DNA of 62,208 nt, the filler included, from Choristocarpus tenellus KU-1152 (lineage: Eukaryota > Protista > Phaeophyceae): assembly GCA_964200185.2 (NCBI GenBank). It is 11 parts of 11 records of this genome, joined end to end, with 100 filler letters (N's around TTAATTAATTAA, not from the genome) between each part and the next. Parts side by side here need not be neighbours in the genome. Positions count along the whole stretch, not along the records: positions 1 to 2,763 come from CAXNAD020024959.1; positions 2,864 to 6,550 come from CAXNAD020018518.1; positions 6,651 to 9,944 come from CAXNAD020020977.1; positions 10,045 to 13,680 come from CAXNAD020018823.1; 7 more parts are not named here. The stretch is one strand, 5' to 3'. Each line of letters starts with the position of its first letter. Position 1 is the stretch's first letter. The translations under genes and the position numbers were made by a program. Positions 1 to 11,672 of the stretch are shown piece after piece. The notes under the pieces are model-generated. The model was not told the DNA's origin and made no database searches. It saw only the letters and a list, made by a program, of their open reading frames with translations.

Positions 1-21
1 CCCTTCCCCCCCCCCTTCCGC

Positions 22-59
<38 letters not shown>

Positions 60-85
60 ACCCCCACCACACCCACTCGATAAAG

Positions 86-1961
86 GTGTCCTCGATACAC
101 AAGTTGGCACAGATAGGCAACGGGGCATTAGCGGCGGTGAACTTAAACGCCTGAGCATGGCTGTAGAAGCTGTGAACTTTCCGGGACTGTTGCTTCTGGA
201 TGAACCCACCTCAGGTGAGAAAACGGGCATTGAAAATTAGAGAGGGTCCGATAGAAACTGATAGTGCAGTGCTTAGGTGAGGACCAGACTGATGTCGTGA
301 AGCAGGGTATCCTTTGCCATTTAATTTATATCCTCTTTTAATCATCTCTCTGGACCTTATACTCCAAAAAGAGGCATACATTTTTTTTGAGGTGGTTTAC
401 CAAGAGACAGGCAGACAACAGTCGGGAGGTTACAGGCAGGACTTTTTATCAGTTTGGCAAATTGTAATGGTTCATGTTTGCCACCTGGACTGGTTCCACA
501 ATTGGTTGACTTGTCCTGGTGTCCGGATGTCCTCTAGGTGTTGAACCAGTCCATGTCCATTGGACGGACCAGATGGAACATTCCCGAACATGTCTGAACC
601 ATGTCCACTGGATATTGTACAAGTCCATATTCTCCAACTGGACTGAGTCTAGCAGTCTCTAACATGTTTGGACCATTTCCACTACATGTTGTGGTAGTCA
701 AATAGAGTACAATGTGCACATGTAAATGTTGAAGACTTAGTTATACTCTAGTATGCTCATATAGATGATGCTCTTTCAAATCATCTCTGGTCTTTGTTGG
801 TTCAAAGTCGTGAAGAGCATGTAGTGAGAGTAGGAGGAGGCGTGCATGTGTGGATTTTTTTGAAATTTGCATACTTAGCATTTACCACTTGACCCTTGGT
901 GAATGATAGTAGAAATGCATCTTGAAGTCATAAATCACCTCGGCCTCCCCCGAACACTTAACACAAAACAATGTATTTGTATTCAATCTCGAATTTCCAG
1001 TAGTACCTAAGAAATTAAAGTAGAAAAAAATATAAAATATATCAGCAGATATATTGCATTTAGTACATGCAGTAGTTGTAGTTGTAGTAGAGCATAGGAT
1101 ACAAGATGCAAGGTAGAGTGAATGGCAAATTGTGGATGATGGTTGTGACGTTACCAGCTTGGGTGTCAAAAGAGGTTTTACCTGACCAGCCATAGATAAA
1201 TTCGTTCTGATATGGCCAAGCCCTTGGCACTAGCTACTGCCTGGCTGGCCATGTAGAATCAAGTGCGGATATGATCGAGTCCATGGCCATTTCAAAATAT
1301 GGCCATGTGACCCGACAGTGGACACGCTAAGTGTCCAGCCCGGTGAAAAATGTCTAGTTACATGTGTGTATAAGGAAAGTACCTTTCCGATGTACTTATG
1401 ACGGATCTCTTTGGTGGACCTCGACCAGGTTTGAACCCAGGCATTCCTCTTCCAGAAGCTGGTGCGACACCACTGCTCTTGTGGGTACATCTTACGTTGT
1501 GCACACACAGCACACGCAAACGTGTTTGTAATCTTCACCTGTTTTTGAAAAAAAAAAGAAAAGGGTAGCGTAACTTGCCTACTGTACTGTACTGTGGAAA
1601 GAAAAGAAAAAAAAAATCGAAAAAGGGGTTTCAGCCATTGCACACTCACTACCTTTCTTTTCCTCTCCTCTCCTCTCCTACTGCAACAGCTGGGCTCGTT
1701 GAAAACGCCTTCTGAAACTTTTTTTTTTTTTTTGATCGCCGCCGTTGCTGTCGTTGCTGCTCGACTCCTTGCTTCCCCGGGAAAAGGCCTGGATTCATCC
1801 ATGGCTCTGGAGGTGATGTCTGCAGCCCGGAACCTAGCGGACCACGGGCGCACAGTAGTGTGTACGGTTCATCAACCCTCGCCAGAGATGTTCGCCTTGT
1901 TCGACAAGTGCTTGCTCCTGAGAGAGGGTGGTTCTGAGGTGTACTTCGGGCCGGCAAAGGG
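86..1961 (+). CDS. ABCG (White/PDR-type) ABC transporter, nucleotide-binding domain, two internal exons (partial gene)
   Basis: Exon 86-214 (AG..GT) reads [42 protein letters not shown], containing the ABC signature and Walker B. It splices in phase 1 to exon 1787-1961, [56 protein letters not shown] (D-loop and H-loop HQPS, typical of ABCG). Confidence 0.93.
1412..1488 (-). mobile_element. Degenerate tRNA-like sequence (probable tRNA-derived SINE head) in the ABCG intron
   Basis: Minus strand reads GAGCAGTGG (A-box-like), then GGGTTCAAACC (B-box), then GAGGTCCACCA. The acceptor and anticodon stems do not pair well enough for a functional tRNA. Confidence 0.55.
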
Positions 1962-2180
1962 GTGAGGGGGATGGGGATGGGAGGCGTTGTCTGTCGACAC
2001 GTGCATTTTTTATTTATTTTTTATTTTTTTCCTTGGTGTGATGTCGGAGTGCGTTTTTAGTTGTGTAGGTGTTTTTTTTTTTGAGGGTAATGTGTGGGAA
2101 TAGGATCTGGTATGTGTAGGGTTTTTAGGGTTGGGGTTGCTTTTTTAGGAGCTGCCTGTACTTTGTTCTGGTCTGGTCTC

Positions 2181-2206
2181 AGGGTTAGGGTTAGGGTTAG
2201 GGTTAG
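2181..2206 (+). repeat. Interstitial telomere-like (TTAGGG)n array
   Basis: agggttagggttagggttagggttag. Shorter arrays occur at about 2986-2997, 3035-3048, 53036-53051 and 55786-55830. Confidence 0.8.
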
Positions 2207-2763
2207 AAAAGAGGTCAATAGTTTCAGCATCGGAGTTTTGTGTGTACTCCTCAGCGCAGGATGATTGTTCATTTCGACGTATGAGCTAAGAAAGATGTAT
2301 ATTGAGAGCTCTTTTTTTTTTCTTTTTTTTTTTTTTTGGCAGGGCTGTGTGCCACGAACTCTTCTCTTGTCATTGGATGCAGTATTTGGTGGACTGGTGT
2401 TAGTTTGGGGGGACAGAGAGGGGGAGGGGGAACTGGTCATTGGCATTGCTATTAATGCAAGACGATCATCACAAGGAAGAATGGTGGAGCTGGGGACGGA
2501 GTTGGGTAGGTAAGGTAAGTAAGGCTTTGTACAACCAAAGAAGAACATATCTGAGGTAAGGTGGGGATTGCATGCTTGACATTCTTTAGTGCTTTTCACA
2601 TGAAAGTGATTTGCATTCTTCTGTAACTAACCAAAGAGAGTTCTGAAAGGAGGAGGTGAAATCCACTTGCATTGCTGGGGGGGTGGGGGGGGGGGGAACA
2701 GTGTTATTTTTTTGTGTCTTTTTTTTTCATTGCTATTGTAAAAACCTAATTAGCCACTGTTGG

Positions 2764-2863
2764 NNNNNNNNNNNNNNNNNNNNNNNNNNNNNNNNNNNNN
2801 NNNNNNNTTAATTAATTAANNNNNNNNNNNNNNNNNNNNNNNNNNNNNNNNNNNNNNNNNNNN
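2764..2863. other. Artificial contig linker (N44-TTAATTAATTAA-N44), one of ten
   Basis: Identical 100-nt linkers with stops in all six frames lie at 2764-2863, 6551-6650, 9945-10044, 13681-13780, 16566-16665, 22814-22913, 31701-31800, 37053-37152, 40642-40741 and 52049-52148. Confidence 0.98.
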
Positions 2864-3482
2864 TTGATATTTTGTGTGGATTATAAAAAACTCAAAATTG
2901 AGATTGGTTGAGCCCAGATTTACCAATCTAAGTTTCCGTTGAAGAATAGATTCTGGAAGGTGGTGGTGTTGATCAGGCATTTGAGGGTTAGGGTTAGATA
3001 GTGTTCACACAGAAAACCGAAAAAGGGCAAAAAAAACCCTAACCCTAAGCCAAGCCCGAATCGGACTAACAGGGCATAACTCCTACCCTCCTAAACGCTT
3101 TGGGTCTGTACAATTTCAGAAAGAAACTTTGCTATATTGTGATATCACTTTGTGTGTGGAAAGGGCAAAAATTATTTGTGTTGTACACTATTGTGGAAAT
3201 AGATCAATAGCATGGAGCGTGTCGGAGAGGGAAAGAAAGATAACTTGGAATGCGAAATGGGTAACAAACCTACCTACCTCCCAATTGGTTTGGTTCACTT
3301 GGCTCAAGAAGTTAAGTGGAGCTAGGTAAAGAGTAATAAATAATCCAGATCTTCACCCGGAACGTATTGACATGCGTTTTTAGAGGAGGTAAAGTGGAAG
3401 AGTGGAGAACCTACAAGATGAAAAAGACATATCAATCCGAAAAGGTGGGTAGTTTTTGCATGTATTGACGAGTTACATCTGG

Positions 3483-3549
3483 TGTATGTATGTATGTATG
3501 TATGTATGTATGTATGTATGTATGTATGTATGTATGTATGTATGTATGC
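3483..3549. repeat. (GTAT)n microsatellite
   Basis: Perfect tetranucleotide run in the intron downstream of an EF-hand exon. Confidence 0.95.
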
Positions 3550-3576
3550 GTGCGTGCATGCGTGCATGTGTTTCAC

Positions 3577-6550
3577 CTTATCATCCACCAGAAATTCATC
3601 TTTGCCAACGGCAAACACTTCAAGGTCTCCCTTGGTGATCCGACCTTGTTGCAATAGGTAGTAGTTTGCAGCATTTTAGGAGTGAAAGCTTGAGCGCATA
3701 GAAACAGAACAATACAGGTTGAGAGGGGAGGCAGGGCACAGGGGAATTTTCCTTGCTATGAGGGCTACGATCAAGCCTCATGTAAAGAGGATTGCCCCCA
3801 TCAGTGCCAACCATGGCTGTAGTTGCAAGCGCATCTCCAAATAATGGAGTACTTTGGAGCAGACTTTGTACTCCTAAAGCACAATATAATTGCTCTCGCC
3901 CTTGGAGTATGTTTTTCAAACAATATTGTTGGCTACTGCTGCTTTTGCAAGTGCACCCTTCTGGTCCAAGGTGAGAGAGTACGTTCCTACTTCCCCCAAA
4001 GGCAGTGTGGCATATAATATGTGGAAGTTGAGTAAACCTAGATGTAGGTAAGATAAAGGAAGTACGGGGCACGCTACGAAAAACAACATCTCGATCCAAT
4101 AGAAAATATTATTATTATTAGAGAACAGTTTACTGTGTATTTCATGTTCGAATCAAGAAATGACGACCTGGGTGTGCAAGCGTTCCCTACCTCTTCAATC
4201 ATACTATTATTTTTATTATTGTCACTTCATTGTCACAATACAATACCACTATGTGTGTCAACATTATCACTTCGAAATGTATTACATGTTTTTTTCAATA
4301 TTTCTTTCCTTCAATCTTTGTAGGAGTCAGTGCTGCTCCACAGCACCCCTTATGTTACTCCTGCATTGATGTAGGCGCCACATGTAAATATTTCTAAAAT
4401 CATTTCTTCCTAGTGATGAGATAAAAAATAAACGCAAATCTTCATCGTGGGATGAGAATAGTAAATATTTCTTCCTAGTGATATGGTAAAAAAAAGAAGT
4501 CAACTCTCCCTAATACCATGAAACATTGATAAAATCTTTGAACAAATATGTTTCATTTTTTATGTTTTGTCAACACTGTGTACAGACATACCGCTCCTGG
4601 AGTATGACATTGCTTTAATTCTTTCACATTTTAAGCACAAGATATGTCTGTCCTCATTTCTCAAGGACTCCATTCCATGGAGGTTGGGCAAATCGTAGCT
4701 GCATGTTCAGATGCCCAATGGAAGCAGCTTGGGGTGGTAAGGTGTGAAGTATGTGGGGTGGGAATAGAGTCCAACTTACCAAGCAATAATATGGTTTGGG
4801 TCAAAGCAGGGATAGGCTTGAAGATGTACCAGCTGTTAGCAAAGATGAGGGTTGATATGCAGGAGGGGAAGTAGATGAGCGAAATAGTTCAACTTTGCAT
4901 GGTGAGAATGGAGATGATACTTTAGTGTCAAGTGTTGCTGTGCATTTTCTGGGAAGCATGGCAGAGCTTTGTCAATCCCGAATTGGAACTTGTTTAGTAC
5001 AGTTAGGGATGCGATGTCAGTTCGCGTGAAGAGGGTATACTGGAATGCGAGCATAAACTGTCGCATGACAGGGAGGGGAAATGATGGTAGTGTATACAAC
5101 AGTCGCAACTTGTGTTTACTCACCGGTTCCATTCCGGTCCACCTTTCTGACCAGCACTGATAGTTCCTTGTCAGTGAGAAGCTCACCAAGGTTCAGGCTG
5201 CATTGCTCCACCCACCGTTTTTATGATCATTTGGATGCATGCACCATAAAAGATGAGGAGTCAACGGAAGTTCATATAGATATGCAATACGTTGCATATC
5301 ATCACAAATCAAGCAATTCGAAAACAGTGTGAATGTATATGTCATCATTAACATCAGGCAGGGCACACCTAAGAAAGCCTGATCGAAGCTCTTCAGCAGT
5401 GATCTCTCCTCTCAGATCCGAGTCAAAGGCTGCAAAAGGTATGCCATAGTCAAAGACACCTGCATATGCCCCGTGGGATGAAGTGCTTAGTGGATGATGA
5501 CCCATAGAGGGTAGTTGGGAAAATGATATGAAGAAGACATAAGCTTGAGCACATGTGGAAAGTGGAAGATCTCCCCATGAAGTGAGCGCTAGCTCCTTGT
5601 TGAAAGGGTAGAAGAGTTTACTGACAAACTTAAGGCAGGCATGTATAGGCGTTGTGTAGCCAAAGGTGATGTTATGTCACAAAGTTAGAATGAAAAGGTG
5701 ACACAACAATTGATTAGAAACTTGATACAGAAAGGTAATAACTCCACAGTTATACTTCATGTACAAGAGGTATCTCAGTATACCATCCTGAAAGCCTCAA
5801 AGTCATGCAGCATACTATACTTGATCCCTTACAGACGGTTCTTTTTATTTACCAGTACGACAACAACACAGTACTCTCTATCTGAACAAACTCACCATTG
5901 ACCCCTAGCGCGTCCTCATGAATCATCACCCGCAGATCTCTCTCCACTTGCTCCAAACCATACTCTGCTATTCCTCTTCCAGCTTCAATGCCGCCCACTG
6001 TATTGTCTTCACTTGAATCGAAAGACTTATCCGGGCCTTCGCCATCAACTGCTCCAATGGCATCATCCTGGGCTTCCCCAAGGTCAACCTCTTGCCGAAT
6101 ATTTGACTGTATCATAAAATGCTCCCGTCCTTCTTCTACAGAAGCTCTGTTGTTCATAGGAATCTCTGCTCCACTCCCTTCCTCTGTGCCTTCCCTTATC
6201 AACACCAGTTTCCTTGGGCCTCCTACACCATCTGCTACTCTCTCAACCATGTTTTTTTCTTCTGAGGGAGGACTGAAAGTGTCCTCTTCCCTAACGACCT
6301 CTGCCTTGTTGACACCGCCTTGGATAGCCTCCCAGTTTCTTTCCTTGGGCACTAATTTCTTGTCAAGGTCCTCCTTCTCTGCAAAGAACCGTTGTGTCTC
6401 CAGTGACTCCTTTTCATCCCCCCTTCCTCCCCCTTCTATCCCTCCTTCACCTTGTCGCCCATCCCCTCCTCTTTCATCTACTGAACATCCCTCTCCATGC
6501 AATCCCTCACTACCTCTCATTGGTAAGACACGGCAAGGGCCATCTTCTCT
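3577..6550 (-). CDS. EF-hand (calmodulin/centrin-like pair) protein with a long acidic low-complexity region, partial
   Basis: Exons 6550-5896, 5459-5369, 5197-5124 and 3644-3577 join with consistent phases at GT-AG sites. The join reads ...MIHEDALGVNGVFDYGIPFAAFDSDLRGEITAEELRSGFLSLNLGELLTDKELSVLVRKVDRNGTGRITKGDLEVFAVGKDEFLVDDK, with two EF loops (DSDLRGEITAEE and DRNGTGRITKGD). Confidence 0.85.
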
Positions 6551-8799
6551 NNNNNNNNNNNNNNNNNNNNNNNNNNNNNNNNNNNNNNNNNNNNTTAATT
6601 AATTAANNNNNNNNNNNNNNNNNNNNNNNNNNNNNNNNNNNNNNNNNNNNCCCCCCCCCCAGATACTTGGAGTCTGCACAAACACATGAACCCCACGAAA
6701 GGAATTCGATCTTGGTTGCTTAGTATGGTGTGCCGTACATATTCCAATTCCTGTACCATTCCTGACAATGTGATTGGTCTGTCCCCCTTTTGACGACACA
6801 ACAGTAGAAGAAGTATCTTTAAACACTGGACTGTCGTAGGCAAGACCTTGCAGGCATGCCCAGAGAGGTATCGCACAAAATTTCAACTCGATATACTGCT
6901 ATGGTTGTACAACAATATTTTAGGCGCTCCAGTACTTACCAGCCTCCCAAGACGACACCCCACACCAACCGAAGAATGCACCTGACTACTATAATACTAC
7001 AATATGTAGCTTCCCACGTCCACACACAACCGTGAAGTTTATCCCCATTTAGTGCGAAGAATGGATCATACCCCTCATATTTGTTTATGTTGTCCATGCC
7101 CGTTTGACAGACAGTACTCTTCATACGCAATAACTCATACATGTGTCGTAGCTATTCGGCACCATCAGTCCAACACCAAACAACCAAGAAAATACCTGGA
7201 CTGGCCTCCATCACCTGTGCAGATTTATACTGCTGTTTGTGTCAGTATTGAAGGAGAGGAAAGAAAGGGATGGGAGCCTTACACGATTGCCCCTTGCTGA
7301 ACGTGATGAGATGGTTGGAAAGAGAAGAGTGTGATATTAATATGGGTGGTGGGGCTTGGTTTAGCACCTGTTGCTTCTAGAAGGAATAACTAACCCTGAA
7401 CACTAACAACCGTTCCTAGTTCCTAGAATAAATACTCCATCAAGCATACAGAAAAACGCCTCGAACACGTGGACATCAAAACCCAGAATTGATTCTCTAC
7501 TGAATTATCCTGCTGAGATGTGAACCACGGTCCGGAATGCTTTCGGTTACATATTACCGTGTTACATATATATAGATTATTCTGCACGTTACCATTTCTC
7601 TATCTCCACTTCATCCAGTGCTCAAATTCCTCCCCTGTTCTCTACAGCATATATATTCCTTTAACAGTTAAAGTCCACAAATACCCAATGATCCACACAA
7701 GTACTGCTATTGTCGTAGTGGGTGCACAACAATAACATGCGAATGAACGACACCCGATTTGTGTCATCCTGGAGTAGTAGAAATTGGCTGGTTGCTACTG
7801 ACACTACATATCATTGTGGCCTTCTTGTCATATGAATGACGTAAGCTCATACAAATGCTCCGACCCGTGAGAAGAGGGCCGCTGGCTCAGTAAGTACCAG
7901 TAGGAGCATCATTACATGTCACATCATGTCACGTCATGTCACGTCAAACAAAGCAATGGACACATCATCAACATGAAGAATGCTAGTCATGACAGTTCAT
8001 TTACATACTAGTTGTTGCTGTTGAACAACATATTACTCGAGAAGCAAAAATATTAGGATGGGACTCAGTGCCCTTACCACCGACATGTGATGATTCGCAC
8101 AGTTCAGGAGGACCAAGATGTCTCCAAGAAACGAATGAAGAGAAAGTCTTTAGCTTACGAGTACGAGTATTTCCGAGTGTTCACATACTCAGTTGTCTTC
8201 CTTGAGGTATATTCTCCCCGCACATGCCTACTTGCAATTGTCCCTAGAAGCACACTGTGCGTGCAGGGAACAAATATGCATCCTACTAGTGGAAGTAGAC
8301 AGACTCATAGATATTACAGACATCAAACAGGGGGCGTGATGGATGTAGATGGGGATACCACACCACTCTCTAAATAATAAATAGCTAATTTTGCTAGGTA
8401 CCCAATGCTCAATTGCCTTGAGTAAGTAAGTGCTGTGACTGCGGCTGCATGTGTCAAGATATTCGCTTCTGTTACTCCGCCAATCTCTCCTTGATATGTG
8501 TTTTGACGTGTGGCCAACTATGGAAAAGACTGAGCTACAGTTTTGTCTACTCAGCCGTTGTCCAGTGACTGTTTACACTTTCAGGTATAGTGACACCATT
8601 GTGTCCTTTTTTCCTCACCTCATTCCTTAGGAAAGAGTTCCACAGTTGATAGATGTTGGCAAGGGAGAAATAGACATTCTCATCTCCTTATCCCATATCT
8701 ACTACTTCAACGTGTGAAGTAGGGGAGAACTCTTCTACATAAAATAGACATTTGTTGTGGATCCCCCCGACTGTGACGATTGCCTGATTTCCACCCTCC

Positions 8800-9380
8800 T
8801 CGGGATAGGAAGTGTATTGACTGACCTAAAGAGAATGAGGAGGTACCTGAGAACAAGGTCCCCCCTTTGTTTATGTGAAGAAAAAGTCGGGGGAAGTACG
8901 TTTGGGGACCTGAAGTGTTTGTGCCGCAGGATCATATGCAGAGGTGTCGACAACCAATAATACATTGTGCATGGACCTTTTCGGTTTATTGGATATACGA
9001 ACTGCCATGTGTAAGTCATATCATCATCAGAAGTCATTTGAAGATGGGAATACCCCAGCAATAGTTCAGACCTCCACAATAGTTAGAGTTAGGTAGGTGT
9101 AAGCATAGATCCCCGTACTTTCCTATCCTTCCGATCTGCTCGACATTGTGTGCCTTCCTTTCCGTGTAGATTCGACGAATAGTCACAAAATGCCGAGTAT
9201 CGCAATGTTGGGAACTGAGTGTGAATAGAAAACAACATGAGTGCAGGCACATCCTGTCTGTAGTGACATGCAGAACAAAAATTGACAAAGGGTTGCGTTG
9301 CGCAACGCATCAGAGACAGGGGATTACGAACCTTGGATTAAAGTTTGCTTATTCAACCAGTCAAATGTTCGCCCTTACCA
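8800..9380 (+). pseudogene. Highly decayed Ty1/Copia RT-RNaseH relic
   Basis: Fragments in shifting frames: KRMRRYLRT (cf. KRxLRYLKGT), SSSEV (cf. SSxEAEY), CRTKID (cf. RTKHID) and SQMFALTT (cf. xMxADxLTK), in the Copia order. Confidence 0.45.
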
Positions 9381-9695
9381 CCAGACACATCGGCAGTATC
9401 TCTACTTCTCTCCACACACTCGATATCTATGTACATCATCACATACATCAAACACCGGATTGCACCGAGCAACCGAAGCCAATGGCCTATCTCCCAACAC
9501 GAGACAGTAGACACATTCATGGTGTGTTCTGTTGGTTGCTACTAATACAAGTCTACAAAACTGTTGAGCCGCAGAGGAGGAATCCATAGTTCCTCCGTTG
9601 CGAATCAAAAAAACGTGGTGAGACCCCAAGGCACTGCACACCACAAACTATAGCCTATGTCACGCGCTTGCCCCACCAGTTCAAGGCAGAGTGCC

Positions 9696-9944
9696 CTATG
9701 CAAAGTGATCGAGAATGCTCTGGGCGTCCACAAGCTCCTGAACCAGCATACCCGCTACTCCGATCATCGCCAGTCGTCCGTTGTTCAGCTCCTTCGTCTG
9801 CATAACCTTCAACTCCTCAGGAGATTCGGGCTTGAGCCCAGCAGGATCGAACCCGATGTCTCCTGGGGTGTACTCGGCCTTGAGGTTACCCGTCCCGGTG
9901 GTGGAGTCCAACTCCCCCCAACCCTGCGTGATGGCCTGGTACTC
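9696..9944 (-). CDS. LHCX: Light-harvesting complex protein, LHCX/LI818 (LHCSR-like) type, 3' part
   Basis: [82 protein letters not shown]. It has the LHC helix-3 motif ELNNGRLAM and the YxPGDxGFDPxGLKP...MQTKE segment typical of LI818/LHCX. Truncated by a linker. Confidence 0.88.
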   Translation of the reverse strand, partial: EYQAITQGWGELDSTTGTGNLKAEYTPGDIGFDPAGLKPESPEELKVMQTKELNNGRLAMIGVAGMLVQELVDAQSILDHFA

Positions 9945-10109
9945 NNNNNNNNNNNNNNNNNNNNNNNNNNNNNNNNNNNNNNNNNNNNTTAATTAATTAA
10001 NNNNNNNNNNNNNNNNNNNNNNNNNNNNNNNNNNNNNNNNNNNNTCTGTAGTGACGGATACTATCCGTCACAAGGGGGGTTCGACAGCCCTTTTCCTCCT
10101 ATGAACTCC

Positions 10110-10287
10110 GACCCAAAGTATCTGGGGGGGGGGAGGGGTCTACACCAAGGTGTCCATTTGGACCAAAATAAGGAAAAGTGCAGTTACATTATACATCCGA
10201 CTTAAGCAACCAAATCACCCAAAAATCGCGACATGACAAAATTGCCCCCAAGTGGACAGCCGCCACCCCCCCCAGATACTCTGGGTC
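10110..10287. mobile_element. MITE family A (about 180 bp; ends G(A/G)C(C/T)CAAAGTATCTGn ... CnAGATACTTTG(A/G)GTC)
   Basis: Terminal inverted repeats with a TCC/TCC flank. The internal sequence is shared with copies at 6651-6674 (partial), 13520-13680 (partial), 14577-14754, 16666-16730 (partial), 23804-23987, 51510-51667 and 62142-62208. Confidence 0.9.
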
Positions 10288-10311
10288 TCCCTCACCTCTC
10301 CCCCCAATTAC

Positions 10312-10859
10312 TGTTACAGGCGCCCCTCAGAACTCACCTCCACATGATATATAACTCAAATCCAACGACATTAAAACGACGCTATGGGGGCGTTGCCCTT
10401 GATAACAGTTTGTAGGGTGTCAGGTGTCCTTCTCTTCTTGATATTCAACTCAGTGCTTAGCTCAAAGCTCGACTCAAAGTTTCGTTCAAAATAAAAGACA
10501 AAGACTGGAGGTAAGGGGCAGGGATTTGTCCCAAAGCCCTCTTATTATCTTCATCATCCACCCAATTTCTTTGCTCTTCTATGCAACTGCTCTACACGTA
10601 CTCCAATCAGAAACCCTTATTCTGCAATTTCTTAGGCAAATCAACGTTTTCTTCTGTAATGTTACGAAGGTATTCCGAATCTTACTCTGTATCTTCTATG
10701 AAATAATTTATTTTGTAAGGCAAACTAGGTGTTACTAAAATCGTATATTGTTCGCACTTGTTAGAACGTGAGAAACAATCCTCACACTATACGTCTGTCA
10801 CAAATATTCGTATTTGCTAAAACATGAGGAGAAAATGCCCATGCTATTCGCCTGTAAAA
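10312..10859. mobile_element. TGT...ACA-type element with 4-bp TSD (solo LTR or Ginger-like non-autonomous element)
   Basis: Starts TGTTACAGGCG and ends CGCCTGTAAAA, flanked by TTAC/TTAC. Diverged homologue of 11673-12197. Confidence 0.7.
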
Positions 10860-10867
10860 TTACATGT

Positions 10868-11490
10868 CCCCTTTGATACTTGTAGATAATAGATGGTTAG
10901 GGGAAGGAAAACCAAAATCGGGACTACAAAAAAATTATATACAAGTTAGTCGTGAGTTGAAAAATAATTCTTTCTAATTAAAGAATATGTTATTTGTTAT
11001 TTCTGAATCTCACATTTGAAGAAGTTATTCACCACAAAAAGCCATAATAATACAGACTTATTATGGGATGGAGGAGTATATAAGTAAGAGGGTATAATAA
11101 TATATTTATTTGTCTTTTTTTCATGACACATACAAAAAAATGTCAAAGAGCATAATAAAATAATAAATAAATAAAATGTACATAAATATTGTGTTTTATT
11201 AATATGTAATGTGTTTCAAGTTTCAAGTTGGAGGAACCAATATACTGGAGATCACAGACGGATTCTTCCCTCGATCCTCGCCTACCTTCTTCTTACAGCT
11301 GATCTGAATTATACCAAGAACATAGGTTCATACCGAACAGTTTCTCAGGGGACCTTGTATAAAGTTCAGTTTCTTTAATTAGAAATAATTATTTTTCAAC
11401 TCACGACTAACTCTTGTATACAATTTTTTTGTAGTCCCGATTTTGGTTTTCCCTCCCCTAACCATCTACTATCTACAAGTATCAGAGGGG
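10868..11490. mobile_element. Foldback / long-TIR non-autonomous element (arms about 118 bp)
   Basis: 10868-10985 is a near-perfect reverse complement of 11371-11490, with only a few substitutions and one 2-nt indel. Confidence 0.85.
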
Positions 11491-11672
11491 ATAACAATAA
11501 TATAATTGCTCTGATAAAGTCGAGGTCCGGAGTTCGAGCCTCGGCGTGAATAACGCTGTTATGGGGCCTGGTTCTGTGTGATGGGGGGTGATCCTCGTCC
11601 ACCTTCACAGGGTTGGGTTGGAGCCATGGTAGTATGAACATTGGTTCATAGAGAACTGTCTCAAAAGGGACC

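Noticed and set aside
1412-1488. Functional tRNA gene
   Set aside because: The acceptor and anticodon stems are poorly paired, so it is treated as SINE-like.
2808-2819. Recurrent TTAATTAATTAA as a biological repeat or recombination site
   Set aside because: It is always centred in a fixed-length N run and is a six-frame stop linker added during concatenation.
5988-6602. 204-aa Ser/Pro-rich ORF on the plus strand
   Set aside because: It is the antisense shadow of the EF-hand gene exon, which has splice-phase support on the minus strand.
8087-8230. Kinase activation-loop-like TEYVNTRKY on the minus strand
   Set aside because: It is followed by a stop, lacks the APE motif, and no other kinase exons were found.
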